Sequence record: MW749006.1
Direction: 5' to 3' (one strand)
Length of the DNA stretch: 64,000 nt
Shown: positions 45,896 to 55,048 of the stretch, piece by piece
Numbering within the stretch: position 1 is the stretch's first letter
Layout of the letters: each line of letters begins with the position of its first letter
Made by a program: the position numbers and the translations under genes
The notes under the pieces: generated by a model
Told to the model about the DNA's origin: nothing
Databases searched by the model: none
What the model saw: only the letters and a program-made list of their open reading frames with translations

Positions 45896-46222
45896 ATGTT
45901 GTCACATATAGTAACAGTTAGTTTAAAGGATAAAACAGGTAACGTTCTTTTCAGTTCAAGGCTAGCAACTGAGAAGTACGACCCAAGTAGCAGAGACGTT
46001 GTAAGATACGGAGTTCACCACACCTTTAATCTTATCCTCAAATCGTACGAGCAATGGTTCGAACGAGAATTCCAGTCCATTTCTATTGAAGAATACGTTA
46101 AAGACTTTAGAACTCTTTTAGAGGAACACGACCTTAATCCAAACGGTAGTGACGAGCTTAACGTTTCAATAGACGGAGACAAGTTCCTACACTTAAGTGT
46201 CATCAGTTTAACACACCAATAA
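45896..46222 (+). CDS. Hypothetical protein
   Basis: 108-aa ORF. Confidence 0.6.
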   Translation: MLSHIVTVSLKDKTGNVLFSSRLATEKYDPSSRDVVRYGVHHTFNLILKSYEQWFEREFQSISIEEYVKDFRTLLEEHDLNPNGSDELNVSIDGDKFLHLSVISLTHQ

Positions 46223-46304
46223 CTTTACTCGGAGTTCTACTTAACTTCACAAAGAATACAGTGGAACTCTTTAGAGTATATCTTTAACTTAACGGATACA
46301 TCCC

Positions 46305-46727
46305 ATGCTTGATCTTAAAACAATAGTAGACAACTACACTAGAGAAGAAAACATAGTCCCTGTAGAAGTCCTCCCTTTACTATTCGACGCACATAGCGAA
46401 GAAGAACAGTTAGTTGAAATTGAGAAAGACCACAAAGCAATCACCAAAATTAGTAATCGGGAAGAACACTTCCTAATGAAAGTGGTTAACGCTAACCCTT
46501 GGTGTGTGGGTGAGATTTTAAATCCTAGCGAATACGTGGCACTCGAAGCTATCAGTGTTAATCCGTTAGCTATAGCGGTTATTGATGAACCGTCTTTAAG
46601 GGTGTGTAAATATGCCCTCGGGAAAGATCCTAAGGTTGCGATCTATATACCTGGGGAGTATTATGATCAGTTAGGTTTATCGGAGAAATGTCAACCTAAA
46701 CCTTTCTTTCATAACTTACCTAGTTAA
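46305..46727 (+). CDS. Short helical-repeat protein (DUF4116-like)
   Basis: Repeats V..NP..[VI]..I..PS..V...A[IL]. Confidence 0.5.
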   Translation: MLDLKTIVDNYTREENIVPVEVLPLLFDAHSEEEQLVEIEKDHKAITKISNREEHFLMKVVNANPWCVGEILNPSEYVALEAISVNPLAIAVIDEPSLRVCKYALGKDPKVAIYIPGEYYDQLGLSEKCQPKPFFHNLPS

Positions 46728-46740
46728 AAGCATACCGAAC

Positions 46741-46781
46741 TAACTGGAGGGTAATTCCTCTGGTTAGTTTCTTTTTTCTTT
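46741..46781 (+). terminator. Intrinsic terminator
   Basis: aactggaggg-taat-tcctctggtt followed by a T-tract. Confidence 0.7.
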
Positions 46782-46819
46782 TCTTATCAAATTCTCTGAA
46801 TAGAATCAGGAGTAGTAGG

Positions 46820-47710
46820 ATGTTAAATTTATCAGAACAAACGGTAGGTTATATAGAGACTACCTTTAATGAAGTAATGAAACCAATCATCTACAACACC
46901 TTCTCTATGTTAGAGACCTTTGGTATTAGTTTCTACGAGGATAAGTATGTAGACTTACTACACCGTGAGTTCAGCATTGACTCTAGTGATAAGCAAGATA
47001 CTTTTACTTCTATGTTAAGAGAAGATGTTTTCGATATCCTTAAAGAACACGCAGTGTTATTAGATCTAGAACAAGAACCTAATCTAACAGAACTTAACCA
47101 TATAGCTAAAGGTTTGTTGATGTTCCAAACCCAAGAAGACTACCAACCTTTAACATACATCTTAAACAACGAGACTTCAGATAAAGAGAAGTTCATTGCA
47201 GTTATCCATACACTAACTGACTTCTCTATCTATCGTCTAATGGAGTTAGTAGAAAGTGTTGGTGTTAACTTGATTCCTTCAATGACTCAGTTCGCTAAAG
47301 ATAGTCAAGAGGAAGAAACACCAGAACAGTTCGATAAAGAATGGTTAGTTCACGTAGCTAAGTTCTTTAAGTTCATTGACGAAACTCCATGTCTAGGTTT
47401 AGAACTCTTCACTAGTGGTTATGTTAACCTAGAACTCTCTGAGGTGATTGATCTTCTTCCATATGAGCTAGACTCTAAGATCAAACCGAACATCTCCCTA
47501 AACGCACCACAAGCTGCCTTAGACGTACTCAGTGTTCTTCTAGTCACTAAAGATAACTACACCAAACCTTTAGAGAAACTAGATGAACATCTTTACACTT
47601 TCTTTTCTGACTTAACAGAAGTGAGTAGAGTAAAACCAATCATTGTAACTATGGTAACTGACTTCAGTAACTACCTATTAGTTCATAAACAAGTAGAGGC
47701 AGTCCAATGA
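46820..47710 (+). CDS. Conserved chimallivirus protein upstream of vRNAP beta' (phiKZ gp79-like)
   Basis: 296 aa; ATGA overlap with the RNAP gene; synteny. Confidence 0.5.
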   Translation: MLNLSEQTVGYIETTFNEVMKPIIYNTFSMLETFGISFYEDKYVDLLHREFSIDSSDKQDTFTSMLREDVFDILKEHAVLLDLEQEPNLTELNHIAKGLLMFQTQEDYQPLTYILNNETSDKEKFIAVIHTLTDFSIYRLMELVESVGVNLIPSMTQFAKDSQEEETPEQFDKEWLVHVAKFFKFIDETPCLGLELFTSGYVNLELSEVIDLLPYELDSKIKPNISLNAPQAALDVLSVLLVTKDNYTKPLEKLDEHLYTFFSDLTEVSRVKPIIVTMVTDFSNYLLVHKQVEAVQ

Positions 47711-49002
47711 CAGCTAAGTTAGATTACTTCAAGTTAGCTATACAGAACTTAAAGGTACTGGAGAGTAAAGACTGGTATCTATATACAATAGCTATTCCAA
47801 TCCTTAAAGCTATGAAACAACCAGAAGAAGAATTGGCTCTATTCACTAAACCAGATGGTCTCTACTATAGCACTTATGTAAGTGGTACTTGGGAAGCGGT
47901 TAAGATCTCAGATTATCGCGAAGGTGAACCTCTCTTTCAGTTTGAAGATAAGATCAACGCAGATCCTAGTTGGTTACCTACTATCTCTAAACCAATAGAA
48001 ACAACTATAGGACGTATGTTAGTTAATGCTTTTGTTCTATACGGTTCCTTTGGTGTGAAGGTTCCTTATCGTAATGAAATAATGGAAGTTAAAACTTTCA
48101 ACGAGATATTGATTAGACAACTTAGAGATGAAGACAAAGCTAAAGGAGATGATATTAAAGTATCGGAGATGGTGCAGTGTTTCGATAGACTTACTTTCAT
48201 CAGTAGTTTAGCGACTATCATTAACGTAGCTGCTACTAAGAAAACTATATCTGCACCGGAAGGACTAGAGAAGAAGAAGAAAGAACTACTAGCTAAATAT
48301 GAAGGTCAATTAACCGACCCTGTTAAGTTAGCTGAGTTTGAAGGGGAGTTGGATAAGTTCGATAGAGACTTCTTATCTGACGATCCAGACTCTGATAAGA
48401 TACTTAGTAGTAAAACACGTACAGCTAGACGTAAGATGTATTTAGCCTTTGGTAAACCTTCTGGATTTGACAATAACGCAACAGCTATTACCTCATCACT
48501 CATGGATGGTCTAGAAGTAAGTAGACAAAACTTACCACAATACATGGATGACTTACGATTCGGTAGTTATTCTCGTGGTGGTTCAACAGCTAAGTCCGGT
48601 TATATATACAAGATTCTACAGAGAGCTTTGACTAGTCTAAACGTTGTAGGTACTCCTTGTAATACAACTACAGGTTTAGTTAGATATATAACAGATAAAG
48701 ACTATATGAACTTAATGGATCGTTCTGTTAAAGTGTCTGGTAAATGGAAGATACTTTCATCACCAGAAGAAGCTGAACATTTCGTTGGTAAAGACACAGA
48801 GATACGTTCACCTATGTATTGTACCTCTCCAGGTGGTACGGTTTGTTATAGTTGTCTGAGTGAGAGTTATAAAGACAGTGAGGCTGGTATCACTAACTTA
48901 GCTGCAGTGTTCTCAGATGCGTTAATGAGTTTGTTTCTTAAAGCTATGCACTCGACTTCTACGTATCTAACAACAGTCACTATGGATGATCTCTGTACAT
49001 AG
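47707..49002 (+). CDS. rpoC: Virion RNA polymerase beta' subunit fragment (phiKZ gp80-like)
   Basis: TTIGRMLVN, SYSRGGSTAKSGYIYKILQRA (bridge helix), IRSPMYC..PGGTVCYSCL Zn motif, FLKAMH. Confidence 0.8.
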   Translation: MTAKLDYFKLAIQNLKVLESKDWYLYTIAIPILKAMKQPEEELALFTKPDGLYYSTYVSGTWEAVKISDYREGEPLFQFEDKINADPSWLPTISKPIETTIGRMLVNAFVLYGSFGVKVPYRNEIMEVKTFNEILIRQLRDEDKAKGDDIKVSEMVQCFDRLTFISSLATIINVAATKKTISAPEGLEKKKKELLAKYEGQLTDPVKLAEFEGELDKFDRDFLSDDPDSDKILSSKTRTARRKMYLAFGKPSGFDNNATAITSSLMDGLEVSRQNLPQYMDDLRFGSYSRGGSTAKSGYIYKILQRALTSLNVVGTPCNTTTGLVRYITDKDYMNLMDRSVKVSGKWKILSSPEEAEHFVGKDTEIRSPMYCTSPGGTVCYSCLSESYKDSEAGITNLAAVFSDALMSLFLKAMHSTSTYLTTVTMDDLCT

Positions 49003-49094
49003 ATCTACAACCCTCCACAGCGCCCTTCTAGAGAAATCTAGAGGGCGTTGTTAGGGTTATGTTTATAAGTATCTAGAAACGACTCACAGTGTAT

Positions 49095-49154
49095 CTGAAA
49101 TCTTTATGGTTACATATATAATACCTAGAGAGATACGGTGTAATTCTATACTGT
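49095..49154 (+). promoter_or_regulatory. 60-bp promoter (copy 10) + leader hairpin module, paired with 36738-36797
   Basis: ctgaaatctttatggttacatatataatacctagagagatacggtgtaattctatactgt. Confidence 0.8.
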
Positions 49155-49218
49155 GTCATTATTACTGAAGCTATTCCTTACATATAGGATAGCAATCACT
49201 GTCCTGGAGGACAACACT

Positions 49219-49455
49219 ATGTTTAATTTACAAGACATCCTTGACACTATAACAAACATCAATCCAACAACAAAAGTCTTTGATCGACCATTCGAAGACA
49301 TTATCAAAGAAGTTAGACACACTACCGAAGACGTAGTTGTTAGTTCAGCTTCTAATCAAACCGATCCAAAGGCTTCTACATATTTTAAAGTAGGAAGTAA
49401 AGAGTATGTTGCTCGCTATCGTGGAGCATACACTCAGATCTCTTTAGTGGCATAA
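49219..49455 (+). CDS. Hypothetical protein in a monocistronic cassette
   Basis: GGAGGA RBS then ATG 49219. Confidence 0.65.
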   Translation: MFNLQDILDTITNINPTTKVFDRPFEDIIKEVRHTTEDVVVSSASNQTDPKASTYFKVGSKEYVARYRGAYTQISLVA

Positions 49456-49460
49456 AGATT

Positions 49461-49505
49461 AACCACTACCTAGCGTTAGCCGGGTAGTGGTTTCTTTTTT
49501 TTTTT
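49461..49505 (+). terminator. Intrinsic terminator; inverted copy of the 37148 hairpin
   Basis: aaccactacctagcgttagccgggtagtggtt followed by a T-tract. Confidence 0.85.
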
Positions 49506-49510
49506 CTTTC

Positions 49511-50428
49511 TTAGTACTGTTTAATGAAGTCATTGATTCTATCTAACACGTCTTTCTTACCTAAGTTAAACACAGGGATGTTATTCTCACTAGCTATCTT
49601 AATAGCCATACCAGTCCCACCTGTCTTACTAGTTACTTCACTAGCTTTCTCAGCTCCGTCTGAAGTATAACAAACAACAAACTCAACTGGAGTATTCAAG
49701 TTATAGCCAAACACTTGACCTACGTTTCTAGCGTGTAACTTACGTACACCTTGAGATAGTCTATCCCAGACAGGATGTAACTTAGAAGCAAATTCCATAT
49801 GTTTAAGAGTAGGTAAGTGTTGAGAAGAATGCTCATTAAAACCTTCCCACGGTAACCAGATCTCTTTCTTACCTTTTACTTTATCACATCCAACTTCGAA
49901 TGCTTTATCAGCACCGACAGCAGCTCCTGAACGTAGTGTAAGACCTTTCTGTGCTAAGACCTCACCTATCCTAACCATTATGTCTAAGATGTCGTCAGGA
50001 GTCTCTCGTGAACCTATACCAGCGTAGTACTTAATTTCTATATACTTCTGCCAGTCTTTAGGAAAACTACAATTCTTACCGCATCCTTTAAACAAAGGAG
50101 CTATTTGATCTTTAGTGAATCCAGCTAAACCAGTACCCACTCCAGTTACCCAGAACTTCTTATCTGGATTACTGTTAACAAACTGTTTAAAGGAGCTAAC
50201 ATATCCTTTAATAACGTCTAATGGTAATGTTTTTATTTCGTTGTCTTTAGTTGGTATAGCATAACACTTTCCAGTTACACCTAAACCAATACCTATCTCT
50301 GCATTAAATAGATTTCTAGCAACTAGAGCAGCACCTTTACCATGTATGCCTGCTAAGTTACTTCCAAATACCCAATAGTAATCACTACCTTCTGGTGGTA
50401 GATCACCATGATTGTGATAATGAAACAT
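49511..50428 (-). CDS. Fusion of macro-like (A1S_2505-type) domain and SLOG/DprA-like domain
   Basis: N-terminal VFGSNLAGIHGKGAA, CYAIPTK, VTGVGTGLAG; C-terminal YAGIGSRETP, LRSGAAVGADKAFE, HARN, TGGTGMA. Confidence 0.75.
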   Translation of the reverse strand: MFHYHNHGDLPPEGSDYYWVFGSNLAGIHGKGAALVARNLFNAEIGIGLGVTGKCYAIPTKDNEIKTLPLDVIKGYVSSFKQFVNSNPDKKFWVTGVGTGLAGFTKDQIAPLFKGCGKNCSFPKDWQKYIEIKYYAGIGSRETPDDILDIMVRIGEVLAQKGLTLRSGAAVGADKAFEVGCDKVKGKKEIWLPWEGFNEHSSQHLPTLKHMEFASKLHPVWDRLSQGVRKLHARNVGQVFGYNLNTPVEFVVCYTSDGAEKASEVTSKTGGTGMAIKIASENNIPVFNLGKKDVLDRINDFIKQY

Positions 50429-50494
50429 AATAGTTTCCTTTTAAACATAAAGAACACTCTACCCTAATTGGTGTAGAGTGTTCTATTAGTATAG

Positions 50495-51265
50495 TTACAC
50501 GCTGTAGAATGAACCCAGACGGTTAACTTGTACTGGTTTAAGACCTTCGACTAACAACTCGAAGTTAATTTCAGACATAGCATCTTTACGTGTCTTAGGA
50601 TCAGCAGTGTTAAGAATCAACATAATCAAACGACGATACTGATTAAACTCTGAACCGCTACCTGACCAAGCGTCAGTGTGACGGAAGATCCACTTCTCAC
50701 TGTAAACACCATCACGGTTCTTATTAACGAAACCTAAGAGTGTACCCCACTCGGTGTTGAAATCAGATTGTTCTTCAGTACTCAAAACACGTTTGATCAG
50801 AAGGAACAATGTCATGTGCCATTGAGCGGCTGCTTCTTTAGTGATTGACTTCTTAGGGTCCATTGCTTCAGCAAAGTTGTTTAACTCAAATTCTACTTTA
50901 TGCATTAAGATTGCTCCGCGATCTTGTTTAGATGGTTGTGGTTTTTCTCCAGTAGGAGGTAGTTCATCTTCAGTAACAGGACTTTCTACTACAGGTGCAA
51001 CTTCTTCCACGTTTGCAGTAACTTCTAACTCTACAGGAACTTCTGTTTCGTCAACAACAACTTCTTCTGTAGTTTCAACCGGTGGAGTTTCTTCTACTAC
51101 TTCTTCAGAAGGTTGTTCAACTTCTACTACTTCTTCACCTGGGACAACTTCTTCAGTTGCTTCAGTGGAGTTTTCAGTAGGTAAGCTATTTAACAACTCT
51201 TCAGCTTCTGTTTCGTCAACACCTAAATTGGATTTGTCTAACATACGGTTCTTCTTTTTAGCCAT
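50495..51265 (-). CDS. Protein with acidic E/V/T/P-rich N-terminal linker and helical C-terminal domain
   Basis: EEVVE/TEEVV low complexity; WSGSGSEF..Y..L motif. Confidence 0.65.
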   Translation of the reverse strand: MAKKKNRMLDKSNLGVDETEAEELLNSLPTENSTEATEEVVPGEEVVEVEQPSEEVVEETPPVETTEEVVVDETEVPVELEVTANVEEVAPVVESPVTEDELPPTGEKPQPSKQDRGAILMHKVEFELNNFAEAMDPKKSITKEAAAQWHMTLFLLIKRVLSTEEQSDFNTEWGTLLGFVNKNRDGVYSEKWIFRHTDAWSGSGSEFNQYRRLIMLILNTADPKTRKDAMSEINFELLVEGLKPVQVNRLGSFYSV

Positions 51266-51279
51266 GGGATAAAACTCCT

Positions 51280-52077
51280 TTACAAATTAAAGACTCTAGC
51301 TAACATATCTTCAGCGCCAGCTTTCCCTAAGTTAATAACAGGGAAGTGGTACTTAGATGCTAAGCCAATCATGAAAGATCCTTTACCAGTATCTTTAGTA
51401 ATCTCAGCTGATTTACTCACACCATCTGGACTCCAAGTTACAAGACACTTAACGATACTGTTATTCTTACCTCCAAACATCATACGTACGTTTCGAGCTA
51501 ACATAGACTTTACTACGTCGGGTACTTTGTCCCAAGCCGCAAAGTTTACACTCGCCATGTGTTTGCTAGTTTCCATATTGAAGTAGTGTTTTGTTTCGAT
51601 ATCATTGAAACCTTTCCAAGGAGTATAGACTTCAATATTCTTACTTGGTAGAGTAGCGATGCGATCGTGAAACTCTTTATCGTCACCGTTTACTCTCACA
51701 ACAATGCCGTTATTTATTAAACGAGTAATAACGTTAAATAATTGATCTTTTACCTGTGGAGGATAGTCTCTGTCAACATAGACAGCCACTGGTAGATAAG
51801 GATCTTCAACTACATCTTCTTTCTTTTGAAAACCACCACCACCACCGTTCCAAGGTTTCTTAGCACCACCACCATAACTAGGTTTGTTTGAATTATAACC
51901 ATTGTTTTGTTGCTGCTGATATTGTTGTTGTGGAGCTTGCTGTTGGTACTGTTGTTGTTGAGGTTGTTGCTGATACTGCTGTTGTGGAGCTTGTTGTTGC
52001 TGATATTGTTGTTGTGGTTGTTGTTGTGTGAGGTCACTCACGTCCATACCACCAAAGTCTTCTAATTCGTCGAACAT
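51280..52077 (-). CDS. Q/Y/G-rich N-terminus + SLOG-like C-terminal domain
   Basis: QQQYQQQ repeats; EVYTPWKGFN, LARN, CLVTWSPDG, TGKGS...YHFPVINL parallel the SLOG half of 49511-50428. Confidence 0.6.
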   Translation of the reverse strand: MFDELEDFGGMDVSDLTQQQPQQQYQQQQAPQQQYQQQPQQQQYQQQAPQQQYQQQQNNGYNSNKPSYGGGAKKPWNGGGGGFQKKEDVVEDPYLPVAVYVDRDYPPQVKDQLFNVITRLINNGIVVRVNGDDKEFHDRIATLPSKNIEVYTPWKGFNDIETKHYFNMETSKHMASVNFAAWDKVPDVVKSMLARNVRMMFGGKNNSIVKCLVTWSPDGVSKSAEITKDTGKGSFMIGLASKYHFPVINLGKAGAEDMLARVFNL

Positions 52078-52172
52078 GACGCACCTCTATATCTTTAAGC
52101 TTGGGTATCACTCTATGTTATCTAGAATTTAAAAACACACGACCCCACCGAAGTGAAGTCGTGTAGTTTTAT

Positions 52173-52844
52173 TTATGCACCAATTACAGTACCAACAATG
52201 AAGTACTCAGTGTTAACTTTATCTGACTTGAAGAAGATACGCTCACCAGGAGCAAGTAACATAGCTTCAACAATAACAGTGTCGTGACTTGGGATAGCAA
52301 GCTTAATAAACTTATCGCCAGCACTTGGAGTGGTAGAGTTAGTGATCCAACCTTCAATAATACAGTCATTAGCGTCAGTGTTAAACACAGTCAATGAAGC
52401 AGCAGTGTAAGCTGATGCTGGAGTATCGTTGTTAAAGATTTGAGTTTGGTTAACGCTAGGAACAGCAACTGCACCAAGACGACCAGCTTTCAGAACTTTA
52501 GGGTTGTTTTCTTCAACACCAGCCAAACGTACACTTACATCTGGACCAGATAGAACTTTGATGTAAACTTTCTGACCTTCACCAACAACCAACTTGTTCA
52601 ACTCAGCAAAGTTAACAGAACCAATCAGTTCAATGTCATCAATGAAATAGTCAACAGTAGATAAAGAAGAAGGATCACTACTTTCGGTTACAGCAATAGC
52701 GATCAAGCTATCTAGATCTTCGTTATCTTTAAAGAAAGAAACGTCTAGAATAGCATGGGTTTTACCTGCTGGACAAGAGTAGACTTGGGTAGCTACTTGT
52801 TCAGTTAACAGGAACTTAGAAATTACAGGGTTAAGGATACTCAT
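52173..52844 (-). CDS. Beta-rich protein with two tandem ~110-aa domains, possibly virion-associated
   Basis: KLVVGEGQKVYIK vs MLLAPGERIFFK internal repeat. Confidence 0.5.
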   Translation of the reverse strand: MSILNPVISKFLLTEQVATQVYSCPAGKTHAILDVSFFKDNEDLDSLIAIAVTESSDPSSLSTVDYFIDDIELIGSVNFAELNKLVVGEGQKVYIKVLSGPDVSVRLAGVEENNPKVLKAGRLGAVAVPSVNQTQIFNNDTPASAYTAASLTVFNTDANDCIIEGWITNSTTPSAGDKFIKLAIPSHDTVIVEAMLLAPGERIFFKSDKVNTEYFIVGTVIGA

Positions 52845-52890
52845 GTGTGGTTCTCCAAACTTAAAGGAATGACTTCAAAATCCACTCGAT

Positions 52891-54333
52891 TTAAAACACC
52901 GAGGTAGGGTATTTAAGAAACTTGTTATCAATGTTGACCGAGTACACTACACGTTCGTCTGTATGTAGCTTAACATAGGAAGTTACAAAGTTAGATTCAT
53001 CTTCAACTAGAATCAATTCTACCTTACGAATATCTGCTTCCATAGATTTAAGGGACAGATAACTAGGTAGATCAAAACCTAATGACAAACGAAACACTTG
53101 CTTAAGATTCTTCTTAATAAAGTTTTTATCAAACTCTAGGAATTTATCCATGTTAGTGAACGCAAGTTTACCATCTTTTATTATACGATCAGTTATGTCT
53201 ATTGGATTAAGTAAAGATCCTTGTTTAAGTGTTTCATTAACATCTAAGATTCTAGTGAATAGTCTATTACTACTCATTATGAAAGGGAGATTATTATTAT
53301 CACTATAAACAAAAGGAGTTGTACCACCAACCATACCGAAGTATGTCTCATAACCATCATGTTTAGTTACCATCATATCTTCTATATTGATGTACTTAGA
53401 TAGACGTAATATAGTCTTGTCAGTCAATAAAGGAAGTCGTATACTCACCATACGAGAATAACCAGCTACCATAGAACGGTATCTAGCTTTGATACGATTG
53501 ATTACTTCCGGAACATAACCTACGTTTACACTAAACAAAGAGGTGATGTCTCGCTTACCTATCCCTGATATATCATTAGCACTAGTAAGGAAACAGTAGT
53601 TAACATCGTCCTGTTCTTTACTTCCGAAGAATAAGTGATTGTAATTATACACGATATCCTTATCGTTAAAAGAATCTTTGTAGGTTTTATAGTCACTGAC
53701 TTGATCTAGAATAACACGAACTTCAGGTGAGTTGTCGTTAACACATTCCTTAGCAGCGTTAGATCCTATACCAGCAAAAAGATCCACTAAGTTATTACCG
53801 AACGAATCACTATGTCCTTTCACCCACTCCAATTCTACACTGATTTCCTTTTCAGTTAACGTAGTTCTTAATGTATCAATGTCCTGCCAAATCTCTAAGT
53901 GAGATACAGTTTCACCGTTAGAACGACGCCAATTATTCTTTTTCCAATTAGAAATATATTCGTTGAAGGAGGAGACGATGTACTTACTATCCGTCTTTAT
54001 AAGGACTCTAGTTAGTCCTTCAATCTCTAACGCTTTTCTCATTACAGTCTGTACTGCTAACAACTCAGTTTCGTTGTTGGTTACCTTAGAATGTTTGACT
54101 GCTAAAATAGCTTCAAACACTTCAAGTACTTCAATGTTCTCCTTTTCGTTATTGGTTGCCATTCCCTTAGTGGTGAAGATTACGTTAGCCTTAATAGGAT
54201 ATCTAAAGTTCTTTGCCTTCTCCAATTCAACACAAGTAAATCCAAAGATACCACACCCACCAAAACCTTGGTTGGGTAAACAAGAACCATCAGTATAAAC
54301 TATAAGTTGTTTAGACACATTACTTACCTTCAA
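52891..54333 (-). CDS. rnhA: Ribonuclease HI with long C-terminal extension (phiKZ gp155-like)
   Basis: IVYTDGS, TNNETELLA, IKTDSKY, WKKNNW, WVKGHS..FGNNLVD. Confidence 0.9.
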   Translation of the reverse strand: MKVSNVSKQLIVYTDGSCLPNQGFGGCGIFGFTCVELEKAKNFRYPIKANVIFTTKGMATNNEKENIEVLEVFEAILAVKHSKVTNNETELLAVQTVMRKALEIEGLTRVLIKTDSKYIVSSFNEYISNWKKNNWRRSNGETVSHLEIWQDIDTLRTTLTEKEISVELEWVKGHSDSFGNNLVDLFAGIGSNAAKECVNDNSPEVRVILDQVSDYKTYKDSFNDKDIVYNYNHLFFGSKEQDDVNYCFLTSANDISGIGKRDITSLFSVNVGYVPEVINRIKARYRSMVAGYSRMVSIRLPLLTDKTILRLSKYINIEDMMVTKHDGYETYFGMVGGTTPFVYSDNNNLPFIMSSNRLFTRILDVNETLKQGSLLNPIDITDRIIKDGKLAFTNMDKFLEFDKNFIKKNLKQVFRLSLGFDLPSYLSLKSMEADIRKVELILVEDESNFVTSYVKLHTDERVVYSVNIDNKFLKYPTSVF

Positions 54334-54889
54334 AAAGTTTATCAGTATCAGCAGTGTTTAACATGTGATGTATACTAGTTAAAGTGGAATAGTGTTCCTT
54401 GTAGAACTCATCCAATGCTTCTACTATTGGTTTAAGAGAACGAACGTGTTTAGGACTAGTAATACAAATAGGATAGGTCTTCTTAGACAGTAACTCATAA
54501 ATGTAAACTATACCAAACAAAGACTCAGGATCAATAGTATCACTCGTGTTGAAAACATACTTCTCTAACTGTTGTTTGTATTTCTCTTTGAACTTACCAC
54601 CTGTCATAGTTAACCTGGATGGTTCAAACACAGTACCACAGATAGCGTAATGTAACTTACCTTTACCTTTAACTGTAGTAAAGAAAGGTTTCTGTTTATC
54701 TGGTCGATCTGAGAAAGATACATTGTCATTAAAGATACTAGCGATATCAGCTTGTAACGAATCTACCACTTCTTGACCTGCCTCATTAAACTCTTCTGGA
54801 TCTATAGTGTATGATCCTGGTTCATCTATAAGTTGTTCTGGTTCTTTAACTAATGAATCGTTTTTAGTGTATAGGTTTTTAGTAGACAT
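54320..54889 (-). CDS. Hypothetical protein
   Basis: 189-aa ORF overlapping the RNase H start. Confidence 0.65.
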   Translation of the reverse strand: MSTKNLYTKNDSLVKEPEQLIDEPGSYTIDPEEFNEAGQEVVDSLQADIASIFNDNVSFSDRPDKQKPFFTTVKGKGKLHYAICGTVFEPSRLTMTGGKFKEKYKQQLEKYVFNTSDTIDPESLFGIVYIYELLSKKTYPICITSPKHVRSLKPIVEALDEFYKEHYSTLTSIHHMLNTADTDKLFEGK

Positions 54890-54965
54890 ATTAATATTCC
54901 TAGTTGGGTAGATTTCATTGCATTAAGATCAATATAAAAAAGACATCACCGGAGAGATATATAAC

Positions 54966-54979
54966 TACATATATAGTAC
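54966..54979 (+). promoter_or_regulatory. Promoter motif copy 11 (tacatatatagtac)
   Basis: Divergent intergenic region upstream of an accessory cluster. Confidence 0.65.
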
Positions 54980-55048
54980 TTATGTTAGCACAGTAAATTC
55001 ACTGTACTGTACCCTTTAACTCACTCAAGCTACACAAGGATTTAAAAC

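Noticed and set aside
50841-52037. Antisense S/T-rich and N-rich ORFs (50841-51272, 51810-52037)
   Set aside because: Mirror images of low-complexity regions in the real minus-strand genes
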